Shown piece by piece: positions 9,482 through 19,521 of a DNA stretch of 59,725 nucleotides. The position numbers and the translations under genes were made by a program. The DNA comes from a virus (taxonomy: Duplodnaviria; Caudoviricetes). Positions within the stretch are counted from its first letter, which is position 1. Every line of letters begins with the position of its first letter. The stretch lies in IMG/VR virus record IMGVR_UViG_3300045744_000002, positions 1 to 59,725 of that record, one strand, 5' to 3'. The notes under the pieces are model-generated. The model was not told the origin of the DNA, did no database searches, and saw nothing but the letters and a program-made list of their open reading frames with translations.

Positions 9482-11668
9482 GTGGCCACCCTACCCCTCC
9501 TACGCGGTGCGATGGGCGTGCCAGCGCCAACCGGTGCGGCACCGACGGGCAATCCCGATATGCCTACGGCTGGCGGTGCGGACACCTCTGAGTCGCAAGT
9601 GGGCGCGTCCAACGACGCCACGATCGCTACAGGGCTGGCCAAGTACATCCGGGATGCCTATGAGGCGAGTCGCGATACGCGCAAGATGCGCGGTATCGAT
9701 GACGATATGCTCGCTGCGCTGCGTGCAGCGCGTGGGGAATATTCCCCTGAAAAGCTGCAGGAGATCCAGAAAGCGCAGTCGAGCGATGTCTATATCCGCA
9801 TCGCGGCCAACAAGATCCGTGGCGTCGCCGCGGGCTTGCGCGACGTCTATACATCGACTGATCGACCTTGGGGTATCGAGCCCACTGCCGAGCCAGAGAT
9901 GCCGTACGACGCCGAGATCGAGTCGGCGATCGTGCAGATCATGCAGACGGAAGTGAAACAGGCACAACTCGATGCGCAGGCATCGGGTCAGCCGCTGCAG
10001 CTGACGCCCCAAATGCTGTTCAATCGGCGCCGCGACCTGCGTGACATCCTGTACCAGCACACGATGCAGGACGCCTCTAAGGCGCTCGACCAGCGTGAGG
10101 ACCAGCTCGATGACGTGCTGCAGCAGGGTGGCTTTTACCAGGCGCTCTGGGAATTTCTGCAGGATATCGCGACGTTCCCGTGCGCCGTAATCAAAGGTCC
10201 GGTGGTGTACTACCGGCCAAACATGCACTGGGAAAACGGGAAGGCCGTCGTCAAAAACGAACCCACTATGACGTGGGAGCGGTGCTCACCGTTCGACGTG
10301 TACTTCGCACCCTGGTCGCAGAATGCCCAGGATGGTTATATCGTCCATAAGCAGCGTACGACACGCGCCGCGCTCCAGGCATTGATCGGACTGCCGAGCT
10401 ACAACACAGATGCCATCAAGGACATCCTGTCGCGGCAGCCGGAGAACTTCAAAGATTGGTTTAGCTATACCGAGTGGGAGCGCTCCGTGCTGGAGCAACG
10501 CCAGTCGGACCAGACGCAGAATTTCCGCACGGATTCGGTTGATCGGCCCTTCCCTATGCTGGAGTACCACGGCAGTGTCAGCGGGGAGCTGCTGATCGAA
10601 TGGGGAATGTCGAAAGACCAAGTCCCTGACGTGACGCAGGATCTCAATATTACGGCATGGCTGATCGACGATACGGTGATCGGTGTACGCGTGAACCCGC
10701 ACCCGATGGGTCGCAAGCCGTTCTACGTGGACTCGTTCGAGCGCGTGCCGGGGAGCGTGTACGGTCTGGGCGTCCCGAAGATGATCGAGGATCTGCAAGA
10801 CATCGGCAATGCCACCCTGCGCTCAATGGTCAACAACATGGCCATTTCCTCGGGTCCGCAGGTCGCGCTTAACGAAGGCCGACTCGATCCGGAAGAAAAA
10901 GACCTCACGATGTTCCCCTGGAAAGTTTGGCAATTTACGGATGATGCAACGGGCAGCGGGAGCCAGGTACCGATCCAGTTTTTCCAGCCGAACAGCAATG
11001 CTTCGGAGCTGATGCAGATCCTGGGCGAAGTTCTGCAGATGGCCGATACGTTCTCGTCGATGCCACAGTTCATGCAAGGCGATCCGCAAGGGATGTCGAC
11101 GATTGGCCGTACGTCGAGCGGCTTGTCGATGCTGATGGATGCCGCGAACCGTACGATGAAGCAAGCGGTAACTAGCATCGACAAGAACGTGATCGAGCCG
11201 GCGATCAGCGACTTGAACATCTACCTGTCGTTGACGCGTCCGGACGAAGTGGACGATGGCGATATCAACATCATCGCGAAAGGTGCTACACAACTGGCGC
11301 AACGCGATCAGTTGCGCATGCGTCGCGCGCAGTTTTTGCAGGCCACCATGAACCCGGTTGACTTGCAGATTGTGGGTCCGCAGTTCCGTACGGAGCTGAT
11401 CACGGAAATGGCCAAGGACTTGCAGATCCCGACGGATTCGATCGGCAAAGGCAACACTAACTTCGCACCGCCGCAACAACCGGGTCAGCCGGGTCAGCAA
11501 CAGCAGCCGAATAACGCGCCGCCGCAAGGTGCGATGCACCCATCTGGTCCGGTGCCTGGTGCCAATGCCCATCCAGCGGTCCAGGCAGGTCCCGGTGTTT
11601 CACAACCGCAGCAGCCCGCTGCTCCCGCGCAATCGGCACCCACAAACGCCGCACAGTCGGCACCTTGA
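9482..11668 (+). CDS. Portal protein with Pro/Gln-rich C-tail
   Basis: Size and position; CSPFDVYFAP, KPFY..SFERVPGSVYGLGVP, RTSSGLSMLM motifs typical of podoviral portals. Confidence 0.88.
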   Translation: MATLPLLRGAMGVPAPTGAAPTGNPDMPTAGGADTSESQVGASNDATIATGLAKYIRDAYEASRDTRKMRGIDDDMLAALRAARGEYSPEKLQEIQKAQSSDVYIRIAANKIRGVAAGLRDVYTSTDRPWGIEPTAEPEMPYDAEIESAIVQIMQTEVKQAQLDAQASGQPLQLTPQMLFNRRRDLRDILYQHTMQDASKALDQREDQLDDVLQQGGFYQALWEFLQDIATFPCAVIKGPVVYYRPNMHWENGKAVVKNEPTMTWERCSPFDVYFAPWSQNAQDGYIVHKQRTTRAALQALIGLPSYNTDAIKDILSRQPENFKDWFSYTEWERSVLEQRQSDQTQNFRTDSVDRPFPMLEYHGSVSGELLIEWGMSKDQVPDVTQDLNITAWLIDDTVIGVRVNPHPMGRKPFYVDSFERVPGSVYGLGVPKMIEDLQDIGNATLRSMVNNMAISSGPQVALNEGRLDPEEKDLTMFPWKVWQFTDDATGSGSQVPIQFFQPNSNASELMQILGEVLQMADTFSSMPQFMQGDPQGMSTIGRTSSGLSMLMDAANRTMKQAVTSIDKNVIEPAISDLNIYLSLTRPDEVDDGDINIIAKGATQLAQRDQLRMRRAQFLQATMNPVDLQIVGPQFRTELITEMAKDLQIPTDSIGKGNTNFAPPQQPGQPGQQQQPNNAPPQGAMHPSGPVPGANAHPAVQAGPGVSQPQQPAAPAQSAPTNAAQSAP

Positions 11669-11680
11669 GAGGTAAGAACC

Positions 11681-11854
11681 ATGGCACAGAAATGGAATAC
11701 CGGAACCGGTAAGAGCAAGGTGATGGCCAGTAAGTCCGGCCAGACGCCGATGACTGGCAAGACACCGCCATTGAAGCCCTTTGGGAAAAACCCGGAAGGT
11801 AACAAGAACGGCAACAAGCGCCAGGCGCCCACCGTCACGGTGACGTCCTCGTGA
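11681..11854 (+). CDS. Small Lys/Gly/Thr-rich protein (57 aa, MAQKWNTGTGKSK...), not in the ORF track
   Basis: GAGG SD; fills the gap after portal; GTGA overlap with the next gene. Confidence 0.7.
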   Translation: MAQKWNTGTGKSKVMASKSGQTPMTGKTPPLKPFGKNPEGNKNGNKRQAPTVTVTSS

Positions 11855-12090
11855 GTGAGCCTACGCTTCCGCGCGGTTACACGAAGCAGCAGGCTGACCG
11901 GCTGACCGAAGCAGTTACAGCGCTTCGGCTCAGCCCAGCCTTCAAGATCGTGGAGCAGTGCTTCAAGGAGTTGCTGGAACAGCATAAGGACACGCTCATC
12001 ACCAACACCTCAGCCGCCGTTCCGAACCTGCAAGGTCGGGCACAACAGCTGAAGGACATTTTAGACATCCTGAATAGGAAACCCACCTAA
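11851..12090 (+). CDS. Small head-module protein (79 aa)
   Basis: Between portal and scaffold; LQGRAQQLKDIL motif. Confidence 0.7.
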   Translation: MSEPTLPRGYTKQQADRLTEAVTALRLSPAFKIVEQCFKELLEQHKDTLITNTSAAVPNLQGRAQQLKDILDILNRKPT

Positions 12091-13205
12091 TGCCTGGTAT
12101 CCCTCAACGGATCCGCGACGACGCTGTCGCGGCTGAACAGCAAATGGCGCAGCTGCGCGATGAAGCCAACGGCAACGTGTCCACGACACCTCCCGGCGAT
12201 GAAGGCACCCCGCCGCGCGATCCCGATACGCAATTCGGCGTTGGCCAGCAAGTCACGTCGATCGAGAATTCCAACGAGCCGCCCACACCGACGGAGGGTA
12301 GCGGTCCCGTTGATGCCGAAGCCATGGCGCGCTTGCAGCAGCGACTGGCAACGCTGGAGGGCAATTTCAGCCGGCAGAGCGCTGAGCTGCAGTCGGCACG
12401 CGAGCGCAATCAGCTGCTGGAGCGTACATTGGAGCGTGCGCTGCAGCGCAACGAGGAACGTCCTCCGGTACCGGCGACGCCGGCCCCCGCGCCCGTGTCG
12501 AGCGTATCGCAGTCGGAGATCGACGAGTTCGGTGCCGACCTGACCGACTTCATCAATCGGCTGATCAAAGATGGCGTCCAGAAAGCGCTGACGCCCGTGC
12601 TCGATACCCTTCAAACTTTGACGACCTCCGTGTCGCAGGTCAGCCAAGTGGCCAAGTCGACGGCGCAGGTGTCCGAGGAAAGGGAGTGGGCTGATTACCA
12701 AAAGCGCATGAACGAGCTGGTTAAAGACGGAAACGGCAACCCTGATTGGCAGCAAATAAATACAATGCACGAAAGGGGGGATTCACGTTTTGTTGACTGG
12801 CTTAAAAATATCGGAGAGGATAGCGACGAACCGAGGCTGAACGTCATCCAGCGAGCTTTCCAGGCGAGAGACGCTGACCGATGTGCTCGGATGATCAACA
12901 ACTTCAAACGAGACATGGGGATGCCGGACGGGACCAAGCCGCCGGAGCAACCAGTTCAAAAGCCGGACGCACGCGCCGCAGCGCTCGTTTCTCCCTCTAC
13001 GACAGGTTCTGGTACTGGCGCGCCCCGCGGGCGTCCGCCGGCGAAGACCTATACCAAAGAAGACGTGGACCGTCATTACGACGAGAAAGTCAAAGGTAAA
13101 TGGAAAGGGCGAGAAGCAGAGTGGCAGCGCATTGCGGACGACATGGATAAGGCCGTGCTTGAACAGCGCTACGTCACAGAGCCTCAAAACAGGCGCGGCC
13201 GTTAA
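12090..13205 (+). CDS. Capsid scaffolding protein (putative)
   Basis: Acidic coiled-coil protein directly before the MCP. Confidence 0.7.
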   Translation: MPGIPQRIRDDAVAAEQQMAQLRDEANGNVSTTPPGDEGTPPRDPDTQFGVGQQVTSIENSNEPPTPTEGSGPVDAEAMARLQQRLATLEGNFSRQSAELQSARERNQLLERTLERALQRNEERPPVPATPAPAPVSSVSQSEIDEFGADLTDFINRLIKDGVQKALTPVLDTLQTLTTSVSQVSQVAKSTAQVSEEREWADYQKRMNELVKDGNGNPDWQQINTMHERGDSRFVDWLKNIGEDSDEPRLNVIQRAFQARDADRCARMINNFKRDMGMPDGTKPPEQPVQKPDARAAALVSPSTTGSGTGAPRGRPPAKTYTKEDVDRHYDEKVKGKWKGREAEWQRIADDMDKAVLEQRYVTEPQNRRGR

Positions 13206-13233
13206 CAGCAGTAACCACGCACTGAGGTGAGGT

Positions 13234-14169
13234 ATGGCCGTCTATCCGATTAACGGGAGTCACCCGGATTATTCCGGTAATATCATCCCGACCCTTTGGT
13301 CGCGGAAGCTGCTGGAACGCTTCTACGACGCATCGGTCGTCCCTGCAATTTCCACCACCGACTATCTCGGTGAAATCAAGAACATGGGCGACACGGTCGT
13401 GATCAACCAGGTTCCGGATATCACCATCACGCCGTACAAGATGGGCGATACGTTGGTCAATCAGCGTCCGGCCCAGGTCTCGCTGGATCTGACCATCGAC
13501 CAGGGCAACTACTGGTCGTTCATCATGGACGATGTGGCCGATGCGCAGTCGATGTTCAATATGACCGGTCCGTGGGCGGATAACGCGTCGGAGCGGATGA
13601 AAATTACCGTCGACACGGAAGTGCTCGCGTTCATGCGCACGCGTCCGGATGCGGCCAACAAGGGCGCCACGGCGGGTCGTATCTCGCAGGACATCAATCT
13701 CGGCACGACCGGTGCGCCGCGCGTGATCGACAACACCAACGTCCTGAACCTGATCATCGATCTGGGTCTCGTGTTGGATGAGCAGAACATCCCGGAAACC
13801 GGCCGCAAGCTCGTGATGCCGATGTCCGTGGCTGCGCTACTCAAGAAGTCGGACCTGCGTAACGCATCGATCACCGGCGATACCGTCAGCGTTCTGCGCA
13901 ACGGTCTTCTCGGTACCATCGATCGTTTCGAGATTTACGGCTCGAACTTGATGCCGACCGTCTCGGATACCGTGGGTGGTAACCCCACCACGTGCACGTA
14001 CATCTATGCCGTGCACCCGATGGCTACCACGTTCGTGACGCAGCTCGTCAAGTCCGAGACGATCCGTTCGGAGCTGACGTTCGGTACCATCATGCGCGGC
14101 CTGCAGGTGTACGGCCGTGGTGTGGTGCAGCCGAAAGCGTTTGCTGCGGCCTACATCCAAAAGGTGTAA
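13234..14169 (+). CDS. Major capsid protein
   Basis: YSGNIIPTLWSRKLLERFY..S...AISTTDY.GEIK..GDTV and FG..MRGLQVYG motifs; strong GAGGTGAGG SD; followed by a terminator. Confidence 0.9.
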   Translation: MAVYPINGSHPDYSGNIIPTLWSRKLLERFYDASVVPAISTTDYLGEIKNMGDTVVINQVPDITITPYKMGDTLVNQRPAQVSLDLTIDQGNYWSFIMDDVADAQSMFNMTGPWADNASERMKITVDTEVLAFMRTRPDAANKGATAGRISQDINLGTTGAPRVIDNTNVLNLIIDLGLVLDEQNIPETGRKLVMPMSVAALLKKSDLRNASITGDTVSVLRNGLLGTIDRFEIYGSNLMPTVSDTVGGNPTTCTYIYAVHPMATTFVTQLVKSETIRSELTFGTIMRGLQVYGRGVVQPKAFAAAYIQKV

Positions 14170-14178
14170 TAACCCTCG

Positions 14179-14214
14179 AACTCCCCAGGTAAGCCTGGGG
14201 AGTTTCCTGTTTTT
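14179..14214 (+). terminator. Intrinsic terminator after the MCP
   Basis: AACTCCCCAGG-TAAG-CCTGGGGAGTT followed by a T-rich tract. Confidence 0.8.
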
Positions 14215-14229
14215 CTCTGGAGAACGAAC

Positions 14230-14481
14230 ATGGCCGAGATTGTTCAAGACCGCGTACCGAAGTCGGCGTGGTATCGCATTCCCGCCACAGGCGAAATCGT
14301 TCCTGCGCTCAAGTTTCCTGCGGGCTACGAAGACGACCATCCCAAGGACTTCGAGCCGTGCGAGGCACCCGTGGCCAAAGTCGAAGCTACTCCCGCTGAT
14401 CCTGCAGTCGCTTCCCCGCCGATTGCTCCCGCGCCAAGCGGTATCATTCCGGCTATTCTGCAGCCTGCACCGAACGGCTAA
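14230..14481 (+). CDS. Hypothetical Pro/Ala-rich protein (83 aa)
   Basis: GGAG SD; follows the MCP. Confidence 0.7.
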   Translation: MAEIVQDRVPKSAWYRIPATGEIVPALKFPAGYEDDHPKDFEPCEAPVAKVEATPADPAVASPPIAPAPSGIIPAILQPAPNG

Positions 14482-14501
14482 GCGTTATCGAGGTTTTCGT
14501 C

Positions 14502-14864
14502 ATGGGTTACATGGTCTCGGATCTGCTGGAACGTGTTCGCCAGGTTCTGCAGGATCAGGACCAGAACAACTATCGCTACCCGACTAGCGATCTGATTGAC
14601 TACCTCAACGACGCCGTTTCGGAAGCTAAGCGGCTACGTCCCGACTTGTTCATCGGGACGTATGTCAAAAGCCGCACATTCGTCTCGAACAATCCGGCGA
14701 CGGACTACACGACGGTACCCTTTCCGTTACCGGAAAGCTGCTTCATGCCTACGGTGGGTTACGTATGCGGCTTCGTTGAAGTCCGCGATGATGAATTCTC
14801 CGATACGGGACGTGCCATGACGTTCATGAACTCCTTTACCCAGAAACTACTGGGAGTGGCGTGA
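14502..14864 (+). CDS. Head-tail adaptor-like protein
   Basis: LLERVRQVLQD..NYRYPTSDLIDYLNDA...RPDLF motif. Confidence 0.65.
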   Translation: MGYMVSDLLERVRQVLQDQDQNNYRYPTSDLIDYLNDAVSEAKRLRPDLFIGTYVKSRTFVSNNPATDYTTVPFPLPESCFMPTVGYVCGFVEVRDDEFSDTGRAMTFMNSFTQKLLGVA

Positions 14865-15514
14865 TGGCCAACTTCGAGAATTTCTACGACTTCATTGTCC
14901 CGAGCTGCCGCGGGATTGATCTCCCGATCGTCGATTTCGAGATCCGTAAAGCCGTTCGCGACTGGCAACGCTCCACCACCATGTGGCGTGAGATTGTTCC
15001 CTTGACGCTGCTGCAAGGCGTCACCGACTACCGCATTGTGCCGGCCAATGGCGGCATTACCGCGGGGATTTATTCCCTACCGGACCCACAGCGACCGGAC
15101 GGCTTTCTCCGTGAGATAGCTGAGGTGGCACGTTATCCGGAAGGCTACTTGCCGGCTCCCGGACCGCCCGATGGCTACTGGCAGCTCTACCCAGGCCTGA
15201 TTCGCTTGAACCGCGGACCGGACCAGTCATATCCGATCACGGTCGGCATCTATAAGCAGATGTCGCAGGACGCGAGTGATGACTACATCCCGGATGACTT
15301 GTTCGACCAATACGCCGACAAAGTAGCTTCGGGTGCGCTGGCGCAGTTGCTCGCACAGCCAGGAAAGCCATGGCGCGACCTGAATATGGCGACATGGCAC
15401 AACACGTCATTCACCAAGGCCAAGTTGGCCCTTCGAGCGAAGCTGCGTAAAGGTGGCTCGCATGGTCAGGCGCGCGTTACGGCGCCGTTTTTTGCAGGTC
15501 GAATCCGAGGCTGA
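14861..15514 (+). CDS. Tail adaptor/tubular-like protein
   Basis: Synteny; SGALAQLLAQPGKPW motif. Confidence 0.6.
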   Translation: MMANFENFYDFIVPSCRGIDLPIVDFEIRKAVRDWQRSTTMWREIVPLTLLQGVTDYRIVPANGGITAGIYSLPDPQRPDGFLREIAEVARYPEGYLPAPGPPDGYWQLYPGLIRLNRGPDQSYPITVGIYKQMSQDASDDYIPDDLFDQYADKVASGALAQLLAQPGKPWRDLNMATWHNTSFTKAKLALRAKLRKGGSHGQARVTAPFFAGRIRG

Positions 15515-15516
15515 CC

Positions 15517-16608
15517 ATGTCTAATTACCTTTACGTAAACAACGCGGAAAGCTCCTTGTTGAACGCCGTTGGACCCACGGACGTCAGCATAACGTTGCCG
15601 GGTGGGCAAGGCGCGCGCTTCCCAAGTCCTATAGCGCCACAAACGTTCCTGCTCACGATCGAAGACACCAGCGGCAATATCGAGATCGTCGAGTGCACGG
15701 CGCGTGCCACGGACGTGCTGACCGTCGTTCGCGGTCGTGAAGGAACGCTCGCACGCGCGTGGTCTGCCTCGACTGGCGTATACATGCGCGTGACGGCAGG
15801 CATGCTCAACCAAGTGGACTGGACGAAGTTTGCCGGGCAGCCTAGCGGCGTTGCGACGCTGGATAGTACAAGCAAGATCCCCATCGCACAGTTCGACACG
15901 CCGCTGCAAACGTTCTGTGATGCACGTTACAACCTTGCGCTCGGATTTACGCCTGTGCAGCAGGGTGGTGGTACGGGTCAAGCTACAAACAAAATTTTTA
16001 TCGGGTGGGCTTCCACGTCCAAGTTGAAAGCTCAGGTCGATGCGACGGATCTCGGAAATATCGCACTTGAGTCGTGGGTGACTGGTACCGCGACAGCACT
16101 TGCGGCAACGAAGCTATCCACGGTGCGCAACATAGCCATTTCCGGTGTTGTGTCGGGAAGCGCTAATTTCGATGGAAGTGCCAACATCAATATCGGCACC
16201 TCGATGGCGGCGAACGCGATTAGCATCAGCAATGTGAATGGGCTGCAGGCGCAGCTCAACACGTTTGCTGTCAATAACGCGACGAACAACGCCAACATCA
16301 CATGGACCGGTACGGTTACAGCCGGTGCTATCGTGGATAACTCGGATATTCGCATTAAGGAAGATGTCGCACCCATGTCCGTCGATGACGCGTGGCGTAT
16401 TATCGAGAATACGGAGATCGTTCGGTTCTACAACACGCTGACCAAGAAACAAGAGTTTGGCGTCATCGCTGATTATCAACAGAGCGTGACGCCCGAAGTT
16501 ATTTCGATAGGCGCTGACCCCGACCGTCTTTTGGGCGTGGGTTACGGTCGATTGGCGATGCCATTGTTCGTTGTACTGCAGGATCTGCGTAAACGTGGAG
16601 TGATCTGA
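15517..16608 (+). CDS. Tail fibre with C-terminal intramolecular chaperone (peptidase S74-like)
   Basis: EIVECTAR..DVLTVVRGREGT anchor, LGFTPVQQGGG, SDIRIKEDV...GVIA chaperone motif. Confidence 0.8.
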   Translation: MSNYLYVNNAESSLLNAVGPTDVSITLPGGQGARFPSPIAPQTFLLTIEDTSGNIEIVECTARATDVLTVVRGREGTLARAWSASTGVYMRVTAGMLNQVDWTKFAGQPSGVATLDSTSKIPIAQFDTPLQTFCDARYNLALGFTPVQQGGGTGQATNKIFIGWASTSKLKAQVDATDLGNIALESWVTGTATALAATKLSTVRNIAISGVVSGSANFDGSANINIGTSMAANAISISNVNGLQAQLNTFAVNNATNNANITWTGTVTAGAIVDNSDIRIKEDVAPMSVDDAWRIIENTEIVRFYNTLTKKQEFGVIADYQQSVTPEVISIGADPDRLLGVGYGRLAMPLFVVLQDLRKRGVI

Positions 16609-17096
16609 TGGCTACCGTACCTGGACCGCCCACAGCGCTTTCTGATGTTCGTAGCGTATTCGGCGCGCCGGCAGGCACGCCGCTGCACGCGTTTGTACGT
16701 GGTGGACAGTACGTTCCGAATATCTCGCAGAACAACAACGTACCGACAGCGCCTCCTATCAGGCTGGCTCAGTTGGCGGGTTCCACTAACTACGTACCGC
16801 CGTCGGTGTCGGTAGCTGATGTTTTCGGCGATACGCAAGGTGGGACGTCCAACGCCTATATCGGAACGGCCAACATTGTTGCAAGCAATGGCCAACCGCC
16901 GTATTCCTACCAAACGGTCTATGTGAGTGGAACGTCCTACAATTTGTCGAATACCAACACGGCGCATCCGAGTTTCAATCAGCCAGGCCGACCGCCAGGA
17001 CCTGGACAAAACAGCGGCGTGTACAAAGCTATTGTGACGGATGCCTTGAACAATCAGGCATCTCAGAATTTCAACGTGACGAACAACATCAGCTGA
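16608..17096 (+). CDS. Fibre-tip adhesin-like protein
   Basis: Coupled to the fibre gene; LSDVRSVFG...RGGQYVP N-terminus and beta-rich C-terminus. Confidence 0.5.
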   Translation: MATVPGPPTALSDVRSVFGAPAGTPLHAFVRGGQYVPNISQNNNVPTAPPIRLAQLAGSTNYVPPSVSVADVFGDTQGGTSNAYIGTANIVASNGQPPYSYQTVYVSGTSYNLSNTNTAHPSFNQPGRPPGPGQNSGVYKAIVTDALNNQASQNFNVTNNIS

Positions 17097-18880
17097 TGAC
17101 TATTCTGCGCGTATCAGGTTTTGGCGGCATCATCCCACGCTTGGGAGATCGTCTGCTGCCAAACAGCAATGCGCAGTACTCCCTCAATGCGCAGCTATTC
17201 TCAGGCGAGCTACGCAGCTGGCAGACGCCGTTGTTGCTGGCGACATTTCCGACGCATCCCAACCTGCAGGATGTTTATCACTACCGGCATCCCAATGACC
17301 CTACGCTGACTAACTACTATATTCCGTTCGACCGCCGAACGGATGTCGTGAAGGCACCGATCATCAACGACGCTTACAACCGCTTGTATTGGACGGATGG
17401 TGTGAAATTCACCATCACCACTATGAGCGACGTCGAAGCGAGTATTCCTGGACAGCCGGTTGGCGTTCCTCAACCGACGTTTGGTTCGACACCCGTGGTG
17501 ACGCCGGCAGGTGGTACATCGGCAAACGCGCAAACGCGCGCGTACACATTCATCTTGGTGTCCAAGTATGGCGAGGAAGGCTCGCCCAGCAACGCTTCAA
17601 CGGTGACCGTGAGTGGCAATACGGATGGTACGTGGACCATCACGAATCTCAACACGCTACAGACCGGATCATTGAATCCGAACATGGTAGCGCTGCGGAT
17701 GTACCGCACGATCGTTTCAACGACGTCAGGAACGGCGACGTATCGCCAGGTTGCGCAATGGAATTTCGGCTCGATCCCTACCAGCTATAGCGACACGATG
17801 ACGGACACAGTGCTCGCTACGCAGCCGGCGCTGGAGTCGCTCGGATGGGATCCGCCACCCGCTGACCTGCAAGGTTTGTGCGCGGGGCCTGGCGGTATGC
17901 TGTCGGCCTTTAAAGGCCGCACGGTGTACTTCAGCGTGCCGTATTTTCCGCATGCGTGGCCATCGTCTTACCAACTTGCGATACCAGAAGACATCGTGAG
18001 CATGGGATGGGTCGGTACGCTGCTGATCATTGGCACGACTGGTCGACCGTCCATTATTTCCGGATCGAGTCCGACCACGCTGTCGGTGCAGAATTTCGGT
18101 GCGGTAATCCCGTGCTTGTCGCGCGACGGTTTTGTCAACAACGCAGACCAGGTGTTCTTCCCGTCGCTGGATGGTCTGTTCGCGTTCGACAGCTCCGGCA
18201 CGAACAACGTGAGCAACCAGTTTGCGACACGTCAGGATTGGCTGAGTCGTTTTAATCCTTACACTACCTCGGGTGCGATCTATCAAAACCGCTATTTCGG
18301 GTTCTATTCGTCGCAGCTTGGCTACTCGCTCGGTTTTGACGACGCGACCACTGGTTTGACAGATCTGCAGTATGACGGTGTGACGCGCATGAAAAACAGC
18401 GCGGTCGATAGCAGTGCGCATCTGATCGTTGGAAACAAGCTTTACCAGTGGGATGCATCGACGGTTGGCCCGCTTGTCTATACGTGGCGCACGAAGCCCT
18501 TCATGGTGAACAAGCCGTGCAACATGGGCGTGCTGCAGCTCCGTGCTGACTTTCCGACTCAAGTCGCGGGAACGCCGGCTCCTACGCCAACACCCACGAC
18601 AGTCAACCCGGAAGGCCACGACATTAATGACTGGACAATCAACAATGACACTGTGAATGGCCAAGGCATTCAGCAACAATCGCTAGCATCGGACACAGTC
18701 GGTGTGAAGGTCTACGCTGACGGCATCCTGCGCTGGGTCGGCGTGGTCAGCTCCGAAGCCCCGGTTAATCTCCCGACCGGTTACAAGGCCGTAAAGTGGG
18801 AAATCGAACTGTCCGGTACGCTATCGATCTTTTCGGTAGTGCTGGCAGCCAACCGCACTGAACTGGCGCAAGTACCATGA
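17096..18880 (+). CDS. Tail nozzle/stabilisation protein
   Basis: FGGIIPR...LP..NAQ..LN start, YFSVPYFPHAWP, YTWRTKPF; position in podoviral tail module. Confidence 0.75.
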   Translation: MTILRVSGFGGIIPRLGDRLLPNSNAQYSLNAQLFSGELRSWQTPLLLATFPTHPNLQDVYHYRHPNDPTLTNYYIPFDRRTDVVKAPIINDAYNRLYWTDGVKFTITTMSDVEASIPGQPVGVPQPTFGSTPVVTPAGGTSANAQTRAYTFILVSKYGEEGSPSNASTVTVSGNTDGTWTITNLNTLQTGSLNPNMVALRMYRTIVSTTSGTATYRQVAQWNFGSIPTSYSDTMTDTVLATQPALESLGWDPPPADLQGLCAGPGGMLSAFKGRTVYFSVPYFPHAWPSSYQLAIPEDIVSMGWVGTLLIIGTTGRPSIISGSSPTTLSVQNFGAVIPCLSRDGFVNNADQVFFPSLDGLFAFDSSGTNNVSNQFATRQDWLSRFNPYTTSGAIYQNRYFGFYSSQLGYSLGFDDATTGLTDLQYDGVTRMKNSAVDSSAHLIVGNKLYQWDASTVGPLVYTWRTKPFMVNKPCNMGVLQLRADFPTQVAGTPAPTPTPTTVNPEGHDINDWTINNDTVNGQGIQQQSLASDTVGVKVYADGILRWVGVVSSEAPVNLPTGYKAVKWEIELSGTLSIFSVVLAANRTELAQVP

Positions 18881-19068
18881 CCGATGTCCTCAAAATCGAT
18901 GTGAGCAAGCAGCTGGGCAAGAATCCGGATTTCCAGCTCCAGCAGATCGCGGAAGCGGTCAACATGTTGCAAGGCGCTAACGATCAGAACCAGCGCGCAG
19001 TGCGCATGTTTGAGTTCCAGGCGCAGATTAACGCGCTGTCAGCCCGGCTCGCGAAAGCGGGGTTCTGA
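18877..19068 (+). CDS. Hypothetical protein (63 aa)
   Basis: Translationally coupled on both sides. Confidence 0.7.
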   Translation: MTDVLKIDVSKQLGKNPDFQLQQIAEAVNMLQGANDQNQRAVRMFEFQAQINALSARLAKAGF

Positions 19069-19511
19069 TGGAACTGGCCAAGCTCCTATGGGCGAGGATC
19101 AGCGCGATGCACGCGGCGATCGGCGCACCGCTGGAACCGTATGACGAGTTCCAGCTGGGTGATTGGCTGTTCTACCCCCTCGGGTATGACGGTGTGCTGG
19201 GAATCAAGCGGTTCCCCGCGGAGGATGGCGACGTCCTATTCGTGGCGCTCCCATCGAACCATTCCCGGCGCGGGTCGGCGCTCACGGTGCGCATCATGCG
19301 CCAGCATCTAGCGACGGGTCGAAAGCTGTACAGCATGGCTTGGCGCGAGCACTACATGGCCATCCGGATTAACCAGCACATGGGTGGCAAAGTGCTGGGG
19401 GTCGATAGCCAAGGCTTTATTCATTTCGAGTACACTGCAGCCAGCCTCGACGCGGCCACTCGGGCCGAGCGAGGACGGGAAAGCGAGATACCAGAACCGG
19501 TGACGGCATAG
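19068..19511 (+). CDS. Possible GNAT-fold protein
   Basis: VALPSNHSRRG and AIRINQHMGG resemble GNAT motifs A and B; sits just before the ejection genes. Confidence 0.4.
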   Translation: MELAKLLWARISAMHAAIGAPLEPYDEFQLGDWLFYPLGYDGVLGIKRFPAEDGDVLFVALPSNHSRRGSALTVRIMRQHLATGRKLYSMAWREHYMAIRINQHMGGKVLGVDSQGFIHFEYTAASLDAATRAERGRESEIPEPVTA

Positions 19512-19521
19512 GGGGTGGAAC

